A DNA stretch of 64,000 nucleotides, taken from NCBI GenBank assembly GCA_963833985.1, contig CAWIAD010000002.1, positions 5,824,001 through 5,888,000 on the forward strand, written 5' to 3'. The position numbers were made by a program, and so were the translations under genes. Positions 43,727 to 54,668 of this stretch are shown piece after piece. Within the stretch, counting starts at the first letter, position 1, and every line of letters starts with the position of its first letter. The DNA comes from an uncultured Planctomycetaceae bacterium (GTDB taxonomy: Bacteria; Planctomycetota; Planctomycetia; Isosphaerales; Isosphaeraceae). A model generated the notes under the pieces. That model saw nothing but the letters and a program-made list of their open reading frames with translations. It was not told where the DNA came from and did not search any database.

Positions 43727-45236
43727 TTCTACTGTATCTCTACGTTCGTAGTTGGTTCTTCAAAGGGGGTAAGAGTTTGCGTGAGTAATGCTGGAAGAAT
43801 CGGGCGAGCTCGTTGCGTTCCAACCAACGTGTGGTGCACCGGGAGAGCTTCTCGGGGCTGTTGACGTTGAGACGTTCCTCGATGATCCCTGCGATCAGTT
43901 GCCGCAACCGCGGTGACGTCAATGCCGGTGTCTGTATTTTTTCCCCGCCGCGTCTCCTGATTCAGGAACCACGCGGCCACGAGCGACAAGGTTTGATGGT
44001 GATGCCAGGCGATCCAGTTCCGCACCTGGTAATCGGCCAGGCCCGCCTCCCCTTTGCCCCGCTCCAGGCACTCCTCGATCCGATGCGCCAGTTTGGCCAC
44101 CCGGCCAAATTCGATCAACGGAGTTTCGGCTTTACTATTTGATAAATAATAATCATGTTTAACAGTTCCATCGGCCTGTTGCTCACGCGTGATGAAGAGG
44201 ACCTCCTCGAAACCTGCACGATTGCCCGGTCCTCGAGATTGGACGCGCCGCTTGATCGCGTCGACCACCAAAGGTCCCTTCTCGCCATCACGGACGTCGA
44301 GCCTCGTCCACGCCGATTCCGGCAGGGCCGCACGCCAATGATCCACACGCATGAAAGGAGCCTTGGGGGGTTGACCCCGCCCCCCATATTCCGGTGGCGG
44401 TGCCTCCAGATCGCGGATCGTCGTGTTCGACGGAACCGCCAACAGATACTGCTCCCCCCGCTCCCTCAACGCCTGGCGAAAACTCGCGGGACGGCCCATT
44501 TCATCGTCCCCCGCCACCCACGCGTGTGGCAGCAACCCACCTTGCTCATCCAGCATCGCCAGGGCCAACTGATGGCGCGTCTGGAACTTGATGGACTTGG
44601 GAACGCCAGCCTTGTTCCGGCGGTCGCGATCCTTGGCCCATTCCTTGGGCAAGTAAAGCCTTACATTGGTAATCGTATGCTCTTTTCTAGACGCATAAGC
44701 CATGTAGACGCCAACCTGACAGTTCTCAACCTTCCCCAGCCGGCCGCACCACTGCCGCGCGACGCCCACCGACATAGTCCCTTTCTTGGGGAAGCCCGAA
44801 GGGTCGAAGATAATCACCCCATCCTTCTCGCCCAGTTGCTCGCCGACCTGCTGCGCCAGGATCGTGAGCAGGGGTTGATGATCCCATGGCACGTGCCCGA
44901 TGAACTTTTGGATTCCTTGTCGTTCTTGATCGTGGAGATAAGCGATTCCCTCGCCGGTCTTGTGCTCAAGCTTCGACAGCAGACCGGTAACGTACTCGGT
45001 TGCATGTCGATGTTGTTCAGGTTCGCTCAGGGTCGCAGCGAACGGCTCGATGAAGACGTCCAACCGTTCCAGCAGACCATCGATCAAGTCAGGCGACACC
45101 TGCGATTGTGCCAGCATGTCAGCCAACCGTGCTTCGTATCGTCGATCCATGACGCCCTCGCTTCCTTGTAACATCCTTGACGGAAGCGAATATCAGAAAA
45201 AACCTTACAGTTCGTCAACCCCAGGATACAGTAGAA
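43727..45236 (-). mobile_element. IS701-family insertion sequence, apparently complete
   Basis: IRs ttctactgtatc (43727-43738) and gatacagtagaa (45225-45236); 4-bp target duplication ATAG at 43723-43726 and 45237-45240. Confidence 0.9.
43729..45150 (-). CDS. IS701-family transposase
   Basis: FDPSGFPKKGTMSVGVARQWCGRLGKVENCQVGV, HRIEECLERGKGEAGLADYQVR. Confidence 0.92.
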   Translation of the reverse strand: MDRRYEARLADMLAQSQVSPDLIDGLLERLDVFIEPFAATLSEPEQHRHATEYVTGLLSKLEHKTGEGIAYLHDQERQGIQKFIGHVPWDHQPLLTILAQQVGEQLGEKDGVIIFDPSGFPKKGTMSVGVARQWCGRLGKVENCQVGVYMAYASRKEHTITNVRLYLPKEWAKDRDRRNKAGVPKSIKFQTRHQLALAMLDEQGGLLPHAWVAGDDEMGRPASFRQALRERGEQYLLAVPSNTTIRDLEAPPPEYGGRGQPPKAPFMRVDHWRAALPESAWTRLDVRDGEKGPLVVDAIKRRVQSRGPGNRAGFEEVLFITREQQADGTVKHDYYLSNSKAETPLIEFGRVAKLAHRIEECLERGKGEAGLADYQVRNWIAWHHHQTLSLVAAWFLNQETRRGKNTDTGIDVTAVAATDRRDHRGTSQRQQPREALPVHHTLVGTQRARPILPALLTQTLTPFEEPTTNVEIQ

Positions 45237-45456
45237 ATAGTTACGCTTATGCACAAAGAAGCAGCCGCTGAAGGCGACGATGGCTTCGTCGGTTTTGCCG
45301 CCGGTCTCGACCGAGGCCGTGATCTCATAGTTTGGGTTCGTTGCTTTTGTTGCTCTCGATTGCCGAGGTCGGAGACAGTGAGTGGATAGGGGTCGTTACA
45401 AGCGCCACCAGAAAAGGCGACATCACGGACATTGACGGTTGGCACCCAGTCAGTGC

Positions 45457-48400
45457 TTACGGGCTGGCGATATGGTACGGCTTTTTCTCCTGATAAAGCT
45501 TCAACCGCGTTCGGTATTCATCTTTCTCTTTTTCGTCGGTAAGAAGCTCGAACGCCTTGGATTGCCACTTCGCGGCCGCGTCAAAGTTGCCTGCCTCAGC
45601 GAAGGCAGCGGCGAGGGTATCGAGGTAGGCGGGATTTTTCCATTCAGTGAGTTCGCACACCTTGGTGGCGAATTCGACTGCGGTCTTGCCGTCGCGTAGC
45701 TTCGGATTGTGATCAGTGGCAAGATCCCAGGCGATCGCATTGCACGTTGCCCCTGGGTCCCGCTTGATCGCGAGCCGGAACTGGGCAATGCCTTCTTGAT
45801 GCTTACCTCGTCGAAGATAGGCCGTGCCCAAATGACTATGGATCCCGGCATCCTCCTTCGATCGGAGCTGTTCGTGAAGGAGATCGATCGCCTTGTCGAG
45901 CTCGGCGTTCGATTCGAAGGCCTTACCCTGTTTCTCGAGCAATTCGGCGAGACCTTCATGAAGTTCGACGCTTTCCGGATGAGCCTTGATCGCCTCGCGG
46001 TAAACCGCAATTGACTCCTCGGCCTTCCCTTGCCGCCCGAACATGCCTGCGAGGCCTTGGTGGAGTTCGACGCTTTCCGGATGAGCCTTGATCGCCTCGC
46101 GGTAGGCCGCGATCGCTTCGACGGCCTTCCCCTGTTTCTCGAGCAATTCGGCAAGGCCTTCATGAAGATCAGAACGCTCCGGATGAGCCTTGATCGCCTC
46201 GCGGTAAACCGCAATCGCACCGTCGTAATCTCCAGTAAGCGCTAAAGCATTGCCGAGAGATTTGTAGCGCCAGGGCCGGTCGGGACTCCCACCGTACTGA
46301 CCGATCCTCACACTGACTATAGCCTTGTTCAACCAGTCGAATTCGCCAAAGATTCTTGAGACGATGGATGAGTTGAGGCCTTCGTCTCCTGGCCGCGTGT
46401 TACGCGTTGTTTCTCGCAACTGATGTTCTTCAAGGCGAGTCGCTTCTCTTAATTCCGCGATCTCGCCCTTGTAGTCGTTGGCTTGCCTGAGCGCCGACGC
46501 AAGCACGCTGTGATACTCGGGATTCGAGGGAGAAAGTCTGGTGGCTTCGCGCAACTCGTTGATGGAGTCTTGGAGAGATCCTTTTCGTCGCAGAACCAGG
46601 CCAAGCCAGTATCGGCATTCCGAATCTTTCGGGTCGAGCCGAGAAACCTCTCGGAATGAGGCGAGCAAGCTATCGACGTCGCGACTTGCCGAAAACAGCA
46701 AAAAGACTGCGCACCGTCCATGCGCAAAAACGTCACCAGGAGTGCGACGGACCGCTTCACTCAGGCGCACACTCATGCGTTTCTCAGAGACTTGGGCTTC
46801 CGTCGCCTGTCCGGATTGCTTGAGCAACAACCAAAGCCGAAAGAAATTGTTTAAATTGTCAGGCTCGATCCGCGCTAACTCCCTTCGAACGGCGAGTGCT
46901 TCCTCCTCCCGTTGACTGCAATGAAGCATTTCTACGAGATCGGCTCCCATCTGCGGTTCCAGGGCTCGTGCCGCGGTGAAGTAGCGAATCGCCTCGGTCG
47001 TGTTGTTGTTCTGATATGCCAGATCGAGGTTGGTCCAGAGATCCCCCGGGTAACGGAGCACAGATCTCCTGAGAACGCTGAGCGCGGCTTCGGAGTCGCC
47101 GGCTCGGCTCAAGAGTCGCGAAACCAGCAGGGGCATTTCGGGTCCAGAATCGAGGAGCGACTCATGGCTCGCTGTGTCCCGCAAACTCTGGAGACGAGGT
47201 TTGAGATCCTTTTCCAGGAAGAGAACTCGCATCCGATTTCGCTCGGGATCGGGGTCAAGGCCTTTGATCACGTCGAGGATTCGATGTATTGGGTAGGCGG
47301 CCGTCTTTGAGGTCGATTCCGGGAGGTGGTCATGTCGAATCACGATCCATCGTTCAAGGTTGCTCACCAAACCGCGAACAACCGGCGCAGGAAGCTCCTT
47401 GAGTTCCCGAATTGCATCACCACTGTTGGTGGTATCGAGATCGAGTTTGTATCGCTGGAATGCCAGAGAAAACTTGCGATCCGCTTTCGGTGCCCATTGT
47501 TCCAGTAACCGCGCGCCCCGCGGTCGTATATGTTCAAGTTCCTCTAAGAGATTCTGGCCACGGTCCGCTTGCTCTTGCTCCGCGGACAAATCATCGCGTA
47601 GAGCGGCCAGGCGTTGACCACGATCCGATCGCGCCAGATTGCCGAGCGAAGCCAACGCCAGGTCGGCAGCGACCAACGCCTCGCGACGACGCGGTGATTC
47701 GGGCCCGTCAGAAATGGCCTGTTCTCGAAGCGTCTGAATTCGGGCCAGCGTCGTTTCGAGAGAACTAAGTCGGGACTGGCGCTGCTGGTAAACCCAGAAT
47801 CCGACACTTCCTCCAAGCACCATCAATCCCAGCAACGATGCCGCCAGCGCGACAGTCAACCGCATGCGCTGCCGCTCGACCGCGACTCGCTTGGTCGCCT
47901 CCTCGGCTCGGGCTTTTTCTTCAGCCCGCGCGATCTCAGACTGGCGGAGTCGCTCCTGGACTCGGGAATGATAGAGGCTCATCCGCTCGGCGACGTCACC
48001 GGCAGTTCGAGGCCGGTCGTCACGCTCGGACGCAAGGCACGACTTGGCCAGAGCGATCAATTCCGGATCATGACCGAAGCTGTTCTGGTCGAGCCGGTTG
48101 AAGGCCTCGGCCAATTCGCCGCGGGCGGCCTTGCGCTGGATCTCGCCGGGGCTGCGGCCGGTGAAGGCGGGTTCGCCGGTCAGAATCTCGCAGAAGATCG
48201 AGCCGAGCGCGAAAACGTCGGCACGTTCGTCGATCTGATCGCCTTCGCCACGGGCTTGCTCGGGAGCCATGTAGGAGGGCGTGCCCATGATCGAGCCAGC
48301 TTGCGACAGGTCGGAATCCGAATCGCTGCGTGCCGTGGCGATGACCGTCCCCTGGGCCTTCGTCTGACCAGCCGACGCGTCTTCAACCGCGCCGCCCCGC

Positions 48401-49158
48401 GGCAGCACCTTGGCCAGGCCCCAATCCATTACCTGGACCTCGCCAAAGGAGCCAACCATCACGTTGGACGGTTTCAGGTCGCGGTGGATCACACTCCGGG
48501 CGTGGGCGTAAGCCATCGTCTGACAGATGGATTCGAAGATCGAGAGTAAACGCGGCAAGCCGTCGCTGGGTGATTTTCGAGTCGCGAGGATTTCCGCCAG
48601 GGTGTGGCCCTTGACCAGCTTCATCGCGAAATACGGACGGCGGTCGCCAAAAGCGCCCAGCTCATAAATGGGCACGATGCCCGGATGTTGCAACTGCCCC
48701 GCGATCTGGGCTTCCTCGATGAAGCGATGAATCATCTCGGGCTTGTCTCGATGCGCTGCGAGCAAGATCTTCACCGCCAGGTCGCGTCCCAGGTCGGAAT
48801 CACGGCCCTTGAAGACGGCTCCCATGCCGCCGCGAGCAATCTCACCGAAGAGCTGCAATCGCGCTGAGCGCTCGGAGGGGTCGGGTATTTCGGGAGATGA
48901 CGGTCGGATCACGGCGTCAGGATCGGTGCTTGAGTCGGCGTCCCGGAGCAGGACCGGCGGGATGTTGCCGAAGGCTTCTCCGAACGAGGCCAGCACGCTC
49001 GACGAGGCCGGCCCGAACGTGATCGTTACATCTGGCAATACGGACCCCTCGCCCATGAGTCCCGCCTTCAGCAAACAAGCGGGACACAGACCCGAAGGGG
49101 CATCGGCAGGTCGCTTCGCTCCACAGCCTCGGCAGCAATCCAGTCCATCCATCATCAA
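45457..49158 (-). CDS. Ser/Thr kinase with one TM segment and C-terminal TPR repeats
   Basis: [33 protein letters not shown]. Three 102-nt TPR repeats at 45977, 46079 and 46181. Confidence 0.92.
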   Translation of the reverse strand: MMMDGLDCCRGCGAKRPADAPSGLCPACLLKAGLMGEGSVLPDVTITFGPASSSVLASFGEAFGNIPPVLLRDADSSTDPDAVIRPSSPEIPDPSERSARLQLFGEIARGGMGAVFKGRDSDLGRDLAVKILLAAHRDKPEMIHRFIEEAQIAGQLQHPGIVPIYELGAFGDRRPYFAMKLVKGHTLAEILATRKSPSDGLPRLLSIFESICQTMAYAHARSVIHRDLKPSNVMVGSFGEVQVMDWGLAKVLPRGGAVEDASAGQTKAQGTVIATARSDSDSDLSQAGSIMGTPSYMAPEQARGEGDQIDERADVFALGSIFCEILTGEPAFTGRSPGEIQRKAARGELAEAFNRLDQNSFGHDPELIALAKSCLASERDDRPRTAGDVAERMSLYHSRVQERLRQSEIARAEEKARAEEATKRVAVERQRMRLTVALAASLLGLMVLGGSVGFWVYQQRQSRLSSLETTLARIQTLREQAISDGPESPRRREALVAADLALASLGNLARSDRGQRLAALRDDLSAEQEQADRGQNLLEELEHIRPRGARLLEQWAPKADRKFSLAFQRYKLDLDTTNSGDAIRELKELPAPVVRGLVSNLERWIVIRHDHLPESTSKTAAYPIHRILDVIKGLDPDPERNRMRVLFLEKDLKPRLQSLRDTASHESLLDSGPEMPLLVSRLLSRAGDSEAALSVLRRSVLRYPGDLWTNLDLAYQNNNTTEAIRYFTAARALEPQMGADLVEMLHCSQREEEALAVRRELARIEPDNLNNFFRLWLLLKQSGQATEAQVSEKRMSVRLSEAVRRTPGDVFAHGRCAVFLLFSASRDVDSLLASFREVSRLDPKDSECRYWLGLVLRRKGSLQDSINELREATRLSPSNPEYHSVLASALRQANDYKGEIAELREATRLEEHQLRETTRNTRPGDEGLNSSIVSRIFGEFDWLNKAIVSVRIGQYGGSPDRPWRYKSLGNALALTGDYDGAIAVYREAIKAHPERSDLHEGLAELLEKQGKAVEAIAAYREAIKAHPESVELHQGLAGMFGRQGKAEESIAVYREAIKAHPESVELHEGLAELLEKQGKAFESNAELDKAIDLLHEQLRSKEDAGIHSHLGTAYLRRGKHQEGIAQFRLAIKRDPGATCNAIAWDLATDHNPKLRDGKTAVEFATKVCELTEWKNPAYLDTLAAAFAEAGNFDAAAKWQSKAFELLTDEKEKDEYRTRLKLYQEKKPYHIASP

Positions 49159-49247
49159 GCCTCCCAGGCGCGCACCATGGTCCCACTATGCTTTCATGAC
49201 GGACGGATCGAGAAAGGTTACAGCGGATTCCTCACGAGGCACTGGAA

Positions 49248-49973
49248 TCAAGACAACGCATTCAGGAGATCGGCGATCTCGGCGTCGATATCAGCCGGAT
49301 CGGCGACGGTCCGGGCGACCTCCTCTCGAAGGATTTGCCGGTAACGACTACGGAAGCGGTGAGCGGCGACCTTGACAGAACCCTCGCTCATTTGCAGCGT
49401 TTCGCCGATCTCTTTGTAGGATTCCACCACGTCGTTTCCCTCTAGCATGGGTCGCAGGTGGTGGAAAAGATCAGCCCTGCCTCCACGGCTTGCCTCTGAT
49501 TCCAGGCGAGCCAGGACATGTCCAAGCAGGACCATCGCCCAGCGCCGCTCAAAGAGACGCTCGGCCGTCAGACAGTGGGCCGGTTCGTTGATGTAACGTC
49601 CTTCGGCGTCTTGCAGATCGATCGAGACCGGAGTACGGCCTCCTCCGCGCTTCAAAGCACGGTCATGATCGCGAGCTTGGGACAGGAAGTGGCTACAGGA
49701 CGTTCTGAGAAACGAGCGGAACCGGCCGCGAGCAGGATCGGCTTTCGCCAGGTCGCCACGCTCAATCAAGTCGGCCAGAAACCCCTGAACGAGGTCGCCG
49801 GCCTCTTCTCGATCAAGTCCCTGGCGGCGGGCAAAGGCATAGAGCGGATACCAGTAATCGCGGCAAAGTCGCTCCAATGCGTCTCGGCCTTCCTGATCGG
49901 TCGGACCACCAGCGCGAAGAACGCGACTCCAGTGAGTCGTCGGGAATCCTGCCGCCGGCAGGAACTCGGACAT
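49248..49973 (-). CDS. ECF sigma factor (FPTTHWS / YWYPLY type), kinase-associated
   Basis: FPTTHWS, LCRDYWYPLYAFARR, RGRFRSFL, KRGGG, VKVAAHRFR. Confidence 0.9.
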   Translation of the reverse strand: MSEFLPAAGFPTTHWSRVLRAGGPTDQEGRDALERLCRDYWYPLYAFARRQGLDREEAGDLVQGFLADLIERGDLAKADPARGRFRSFLRTSCSHFLSQARDHDRALKRGGGRTPVSIDLQDAEGRYINEPAHCLTAERLFERRWAMVLLGHVLARLESEASRGGRADLFHHLRPMLEGNDVVESYKEIGETLQMSEGSVKVAAHRFRSRYRQILREEVARTVADPADIDAEIADLLNALS

Positions 49974-50347
49974 GGTTTCCTCGTCGCACCCATTGCGATG
50001 ATTGATTGGGCTTTGCCCCACCGAGAATCTGTCTAGCTTACGGCAAGAACACTGGGCATCAAAGTACCGAACGCAGCCGAACAAACGACGGCGGTTTCGC
50101 CGACGAGGTTTGAACTTGCCACCTCACGGTCCCGAAGCCCCTGGTTGAACTGCAAGTGGCAGGTTTGTCAACGTAATGAACAGGCGATCAAGTAACGCGC
50201 AACTCTGCAACCAAAATCCGGCGCAGAGGTGTGTTGAATATAGACTTGGGAGTGTCAGTTCTATGTCAACTCTGCAATATCACACTTTTATATCTAGAAC
50301 TTATGCTGCGATAGATGCCGGAAGTTCTTGCGGCACAGAGACTTGCA

Positions 50348-50392
50348 AGTGGAGCGGAAGGGGATCGAACCCTCAACCTCAGCATTGCGAAC
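50348..50392 (-). repeat. 3' half of tRNA-Ala(CGC), att-like repeat copy 2
   Basis: 44/45 identical to 43510-43554 in the same orientation. No 5' half. Confidence 0.8.
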
Positions 50393-50650
50393 CATGTAAA
50401 CTCGTCTGCCGAAAAGCTACCGAAGCTACAGGCCAGACATAGCTTACATATTCCTTTGCGTTTCGCAAGATGACGCATGCCGTTCCGTGTTTTCGCGAGG
50501 ATTCGCACTACCTACGGCTGCAGAACGTTACCCAACGTTACCCCGGCGACACATAGCAATGGGCTATCAGTGGGCGAGCACGACTGCGAGTGCTGTGTTG
50601 GTGTCGAACGCGAGCCGCGGGCGAGTTTCTTGTCACCGGGGGAGCCAGTC

Positions 50651-51173
50651 TAGTGTCCTGAGTTACAAATTCGCCAAATAACCTTGACTTATCATGTATT
50701 CGTCATATAATCTCTCAAAGGAGATTTATGATGAATAAAGGTGGTCGCCCCAAGGCTACTCTCACTTTGAATGATGTCGAGCGTCAGAAACTCGAAGCGT
50801 GGTCGCGCCGGCCCAAGACCAGCCAGCGTCTCGCCCTCCGTTCGCGGATCATCTTGGCTTGCGATCAAGGTTTCGATAATCAGGAAGTCGCCGCACAGGT
50901 CCGGGTGAATGTCGTGACGGTCGGGAAATGGCGGAAACGTTTCCTCCTCGATCGTCTCGACGGCCTGTCCGACGAGCCAAGGCCGGGGGCGCCCTGCAAA
51001 ATCACGGACGCAATGGTCGAGGCCGTTGTGACCAAGACTCTGGAGGAGAAACCCAAGGCCGCCACGCATTTGAGCACTCGGGGCATGGCGGAAGCCGTCG
51101 GCTTGTCTCAGACAGCGATCTCGCGTATCTGGCGAGCGTTCGACTTGAAGCCTCACCGCAGCGAGACGTTCAA
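50651..51173 (+). pseudogene. IS630-family left end and truncated transposase N-terminus (ATG 50728), cut off by IS1634
   Basis: LALRSRIILAC, VGKWRKRF, GLSDEPRPGAP, IWRAFDLKPHRSETF. The probable left end starts TAgtgtcctg near 50651. The DDE domain is absent. Confidence 0.85.
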
Positions 51174-53417
51174 CCTACTTTCCGCACATCTCCCTTTGAT
51201 TTCCCCGAATTCGACCTGAGGCCATCTTCTCAGACGCGGCCCCAGGGTCGGTAAACATCTACAAGTCGATCGGCACGGGGACCTTGTTCGGTTCAGATGG
51301 TTCGCCAACCGGACCGTTCCTGAACTCGAGCCATTCTTCGCCTTGTCTTATGACTTGGCAATGTCCAGCCGCGCGCCGCGATTCTCGCCGCGACGACTTG
51401 TGACACGGGCTATGAGCGTAAGTTGAGCGGCTCACAACTTACGTCAAGGCAAATTTGCATAAGTGAATCACAAGATTTTTTGTCCTTGACGTCCCGATCT
51501 CCTCCGCCATCATTGCGGCAAGCCCTGCGGCGGTCGGCCTGCTCCCCTCACGGCCCTGGAAGGCCCGGCGGCGGACACCGGCCAACTCGCTGCAAACCCT
51601 CCGGAGATGATCCGCATGAACGAACCTCAACGACCGCGCCAACCCGGCGAGACGGCCCGCTCGAAGGGACGCACGCGCACGCTCAACACGCGGCGGATTG
51701 CCGCCGTGCCCATCCTGGAACACTTCCTGAGTCGGCTCCGCCTTCGCGAGTTTCTCTGCGACCACCTGCCCCATGAGGACGGCCGCACTCGGGTCCCCAC
51801 GGCCACGGCCTTGCTCGTCCTGCTGCGCAACCTGCTGATCTCGCGTGAGCCACTCTATGGTGTCGGTGAGTGGGTGGCCCGCCATGAGCCGAAACTGTTC
51901 GGGTTGTCCGATGTCCAAGTCGCCGCAATGAACGACGATCGAGTTGGCCGGGCCCTCGACCGTCTCTTCGACGCCAATCTCTCGGGGTTGGCCCTGAAGG
52001 TCGCGGCCCATGCCGTACGCGAATTCGACGTCAGCCTCGACCAGTTACACAACGACTCGACCACCATCACTTTCCACGGTGACTACGAGTCGGCGGAGGC
52101 GGAGCGAACCCTGCGGGGACAATTGCGGTTGGCGGTGACCTGGGGTCATAACAAAGACCACCGCCCCGACCTCAAGCAGCTACTCTACATCCTCACCGTG
52201 ACCGGCGACGGTGCCGTCCCGGTGCACTTTCGCGTCGAGAGCGGCAACGCCACCGACGACCGCTCTCACCAGGAGACCTGGGAGTTGCTCTGTCAACTGA
52301 CCGGACGCCGAGACTTTCTCTACATCGCCGACTGCAAGCTGGCCACCACCGAGAACATGGCCTATCTGCATCAGCGCGGCGGTCGGTTCCTCAGCGTGCT
52401 GCCGCGAACTCGCAGTGAGGACGGTGCCTTCCGCGGCGCCGTACTCCGGGGAGAGATCCAGTGGCGATGGACCCACGACAAGTACGACGACAAGGGACAG
52501 TTGACCGACCGCTTCTCGATCTGCAAACCTGCGAGCCAGACCACCGAGGGTTACCGGCTGATCTGGTATCACAGCACACGCAAGGCCGAGTTGGATGCGG
52601 AGGTACGGCTGACCCGGCTGGAGAAGGCGTTGAAACGACTGGACGAACTGCGTGCCAAGCTCGCCTCGTCCCGAACCCGGTACCGCAGTCGAGCCAAGGT
52701 CGCCGAGGCGGTCGAGGAGCTGCTCCGAGACTGTGAGGTCACCGAGTGGATCTCGGTCGAGATCGAGGAGCAGGTCACCGAAAAGTTCCGCCAGGAGCGA
52801 CGCGGCCGGCCTGGACAGGACACGCGGTACGTCCGAGAGGAGAAGCTCCGTTACTCGTTGAAGCATCGGATTGAGTTGGAGCGACTGGATGAGGAGGCCC
52901 GCTGTGATGGCATTTTCCCGCTGGTGAGCAACGAATCGAAGATGACGGAGCAGGATCTGCTCTTGGCCTACAAACAGCAACCGGCCATCGAACGACGGTT
53001 CGAGCACCTGAAGACTGACTTCGTGGTAGCGCCTATGTACCTGAAGGAGGTGAGTCGGATTCAGGCCTTGCTCTGCGTGTACTTCTTCGTGTTGCTGGTC
53101 GAGGCGCTGTTGGAGCGAGAACTCCGCCGCGCGATGGAACGAGCGGGAATCGAGAGCCTGCCACTGTATTCCGAAGGTCGGGCCTGCCGACGCCCGACGG
53201 CTCGAAAAGTGATCGACCTGTACGAGGACGTTCAAGAGCATTCCCTGAAGGCTGGGAAACGCCCTCTTGAGGTGTTCAGCACAGAGTTAACTCGGCTCCA
53301 GAAGAGAATCCTGCGCCTGCTGGGGATACCCAAAGCCTACGAGATTTGAGCCTGACAGGCCGAAAGACGGCACACGGAAATTAGGAGATAGTCAAGGCGA
53401 GATGTGCGGAAAGTAGG
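51174..53417 (+). mobile_element. IS1634-family insertion sequence
   Basis: 18-bp IRs cctactttccgcacatct (51174-51191) and agatgtgcggaaagtagg (53400-53417). Confidence 0.88.
51607..53349 (+). CDS. IS1634-family DDE transposase
   Basis: NDDRVGRALD, LHNDSTT, GHNKDHRPDLKQL, ADCKL, YKQQPAIERRFEHLK. Confidence 0.9.
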   Translation: MIRMNEPQRPRQPGETARSKGRTRTLNTRRIAAVPILEHFLSRLRLREFLCDHLPHEDGRTRVPTATALLVLLRNLLISREPLYGVGEWVARHEPKLFGLSDVQVAAMNDDRVGRALDRLFDANLSGLALKVAAHAVREFDVSLDQLHNDSTTITFHGDYESAEAERTLRGQLRLAVTWGHNKDHRPDLKQLLYILTVTGDGAVPVHFRVESGNATDDRSHQETWELLCQLTGRRDFLYIADCKLATTENMAYLHQRGGRFLSVLPRTRSEDGAFRGAVLRGEIQWRWTHDKYDDKGQLTDRFSICKPASQTTEGYRLIWYHSTRKAELDAEVRLTRLEKALKRLDELRAKLASSRTRYRSRAKVAEAVEELLRDCEVTEWISVEIEEQVTEKFRQERRGRPGQDTRYVREEKLRYSLKHRIELERLDEEARCDGIFPLVSNESKMTEQDLLLAYKQQPAIERRFEHLKTDFVVAPMYLKEVSRIQALLCVYFFVLLVEALLERELRRAMERAGIESLPLYSEGRACRRPTARKVIDLYEDVQEHSLKAGKRPLEVFSTELTRLQKRILRLLGIPKAYEI

Positions 53418-53801
53418 TTCCAGCTCCCGGCACCTTACATGCTTCCGGCAGCCGACGCAGTAGGATCGATCTACCATGTATGTGTGCGGATTCTCGAGAT
53501 ACGTCCGGATGATCTCCTCCGGCATGACGGTACGTTGGCCGCAACGCCAATGGCGGTAAACGCGCGGCACGCCTTCCAGCGAACCTTGATATCGGTCGTC
53601 GGGAGGCAAAGTGACATACTCGCTGAGCCGGCCGTCGGGGCGAAGCCGGGTGTGCTCAAGCCGATGTGCCTCATCCTGTTCCGGATCGACCCATTCATGA
53701 CAGTAGCGGCAACGTGACCAGGGCCTATCGACCCCGAGGTCACGAATGAGCCATTTCTCCTTGCTGAGCACCTCAGCCTCGACGCTCAGGGCGTCGGACA
53801 T
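53418..53801 (-). pseudogene. Cys/His-rich hypothetical protein truncated at the IS1634 right end
   Basis: CRYCH, YRHWRCG, YCVGCRKH. The reading frame runs into the IS inverted repeat. Confidence 0.55.
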
Positions 53802-53987
53802 CGCAGGCTGATACACGGGCCAGAGAGCGTCGGCTGTGCGTGAGCAGGCTAAGCGACGCGAAATCAGCGATTCCTGAGCAACATCGCTGAGGGTACCAAC
53901 AAAATTCCCCTCGAAGAGCCTGGTCACTTGATCAAGCTTCCCGAGGGGTGTACTCCGTGGTTTACCACAACAGCGGAGTACTCGACC

Positions 53988-54572
53988 ATGTATCATGATT
54001 TACCCCGGACCGCCAGGCTCTGGTCGTTTCTTTGGGCTGTCGACCAGCATCTCGCAGAGGAAACCCGCAAGCAAGCATGTTCATGTGGCGGCCGCCTGCA
54101 CGCCGCCAACTATCTCCGCAAGCCACGCGGCACTGCCGTCCAGCTACCCGAGCAAGAATGCCTCAGACTGAGCTTCTGCTGCGATCGCGAGGGCTGCAGG
54201 AAGAGAGTCACACCGCCGTCGGTGCGCTTCCTGGGCCGCAAGGTCTACCTGGGCGCGATCGTGATCCTCATCAGCGCCATGCGGCAGGGACCCTCGCCAC
54301 GCCGCGTCCGCGAGCTTTCCACACGCTTCGGCGCCGACCGCCGGACCATCGCCCGCTGGCAGGTCTTCTGGCGCGAACGCTTTCCTCAGACACCATTCTG
54401 GAAGGTTGCAGGCGCCCGGTTGGTGCCGGTCCTGGAGATCCTCTCCCTTCCCTACTCACTTGTCGACGCCTTCCTCTCCCGCCATCGCATCTGCAAAGGG
54501 TGGACGCTCCTGCTGCGGTTTCTCGCACCGATCACGATCCCCGGCGGCCTGCGAATCGAGGTCTCGCGATGA
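53988..54572 (+). CDS. Transposon-associated zinc-ribbon/HTH hypothetical protein
   Basis: CSCGG, SFCCDREGCRKRVTPPSVRFLGRKVY, RRTIARW. First gene of the DDE/ATPase operon. Confidence 0.7.
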   Translation: MYHDLPRTARLWSFLWAVDQHLAEETRKQACSCGGRLHAANYLRKPRGTAVQLPEQECLRLSFCCDREGCRKRVTPPSVRFLGRKVYLGAIVILISAMRQGPSPRRVRELSTRFGADRRTIARWQVFWRERFPQTPFWKVAGARLVPVLEILSLPYSLVDAFLSRHRICKGWTLLLRFLAPITIPGGLRIEVSR

Positions 54573-54668
54573 TCGCTTTCCACCCGCAGAAGATGCTCGT
54601 CGCCGATTTTGATCCGCCGATTTATAGAGGTTGTCACGGTCCCTTCACCCGACTTGTGAGGAGATGTG

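Noticed and set aside
43510..50392. Functional tRNA genes
   Set aside because: Only 3' halves are present; no D-arm or 5' acceptor strand adjoins either copy.
51168..53423. Target-site duplication for IS1634
   Set aside because: Flanks gttcaa and ttccag differ.
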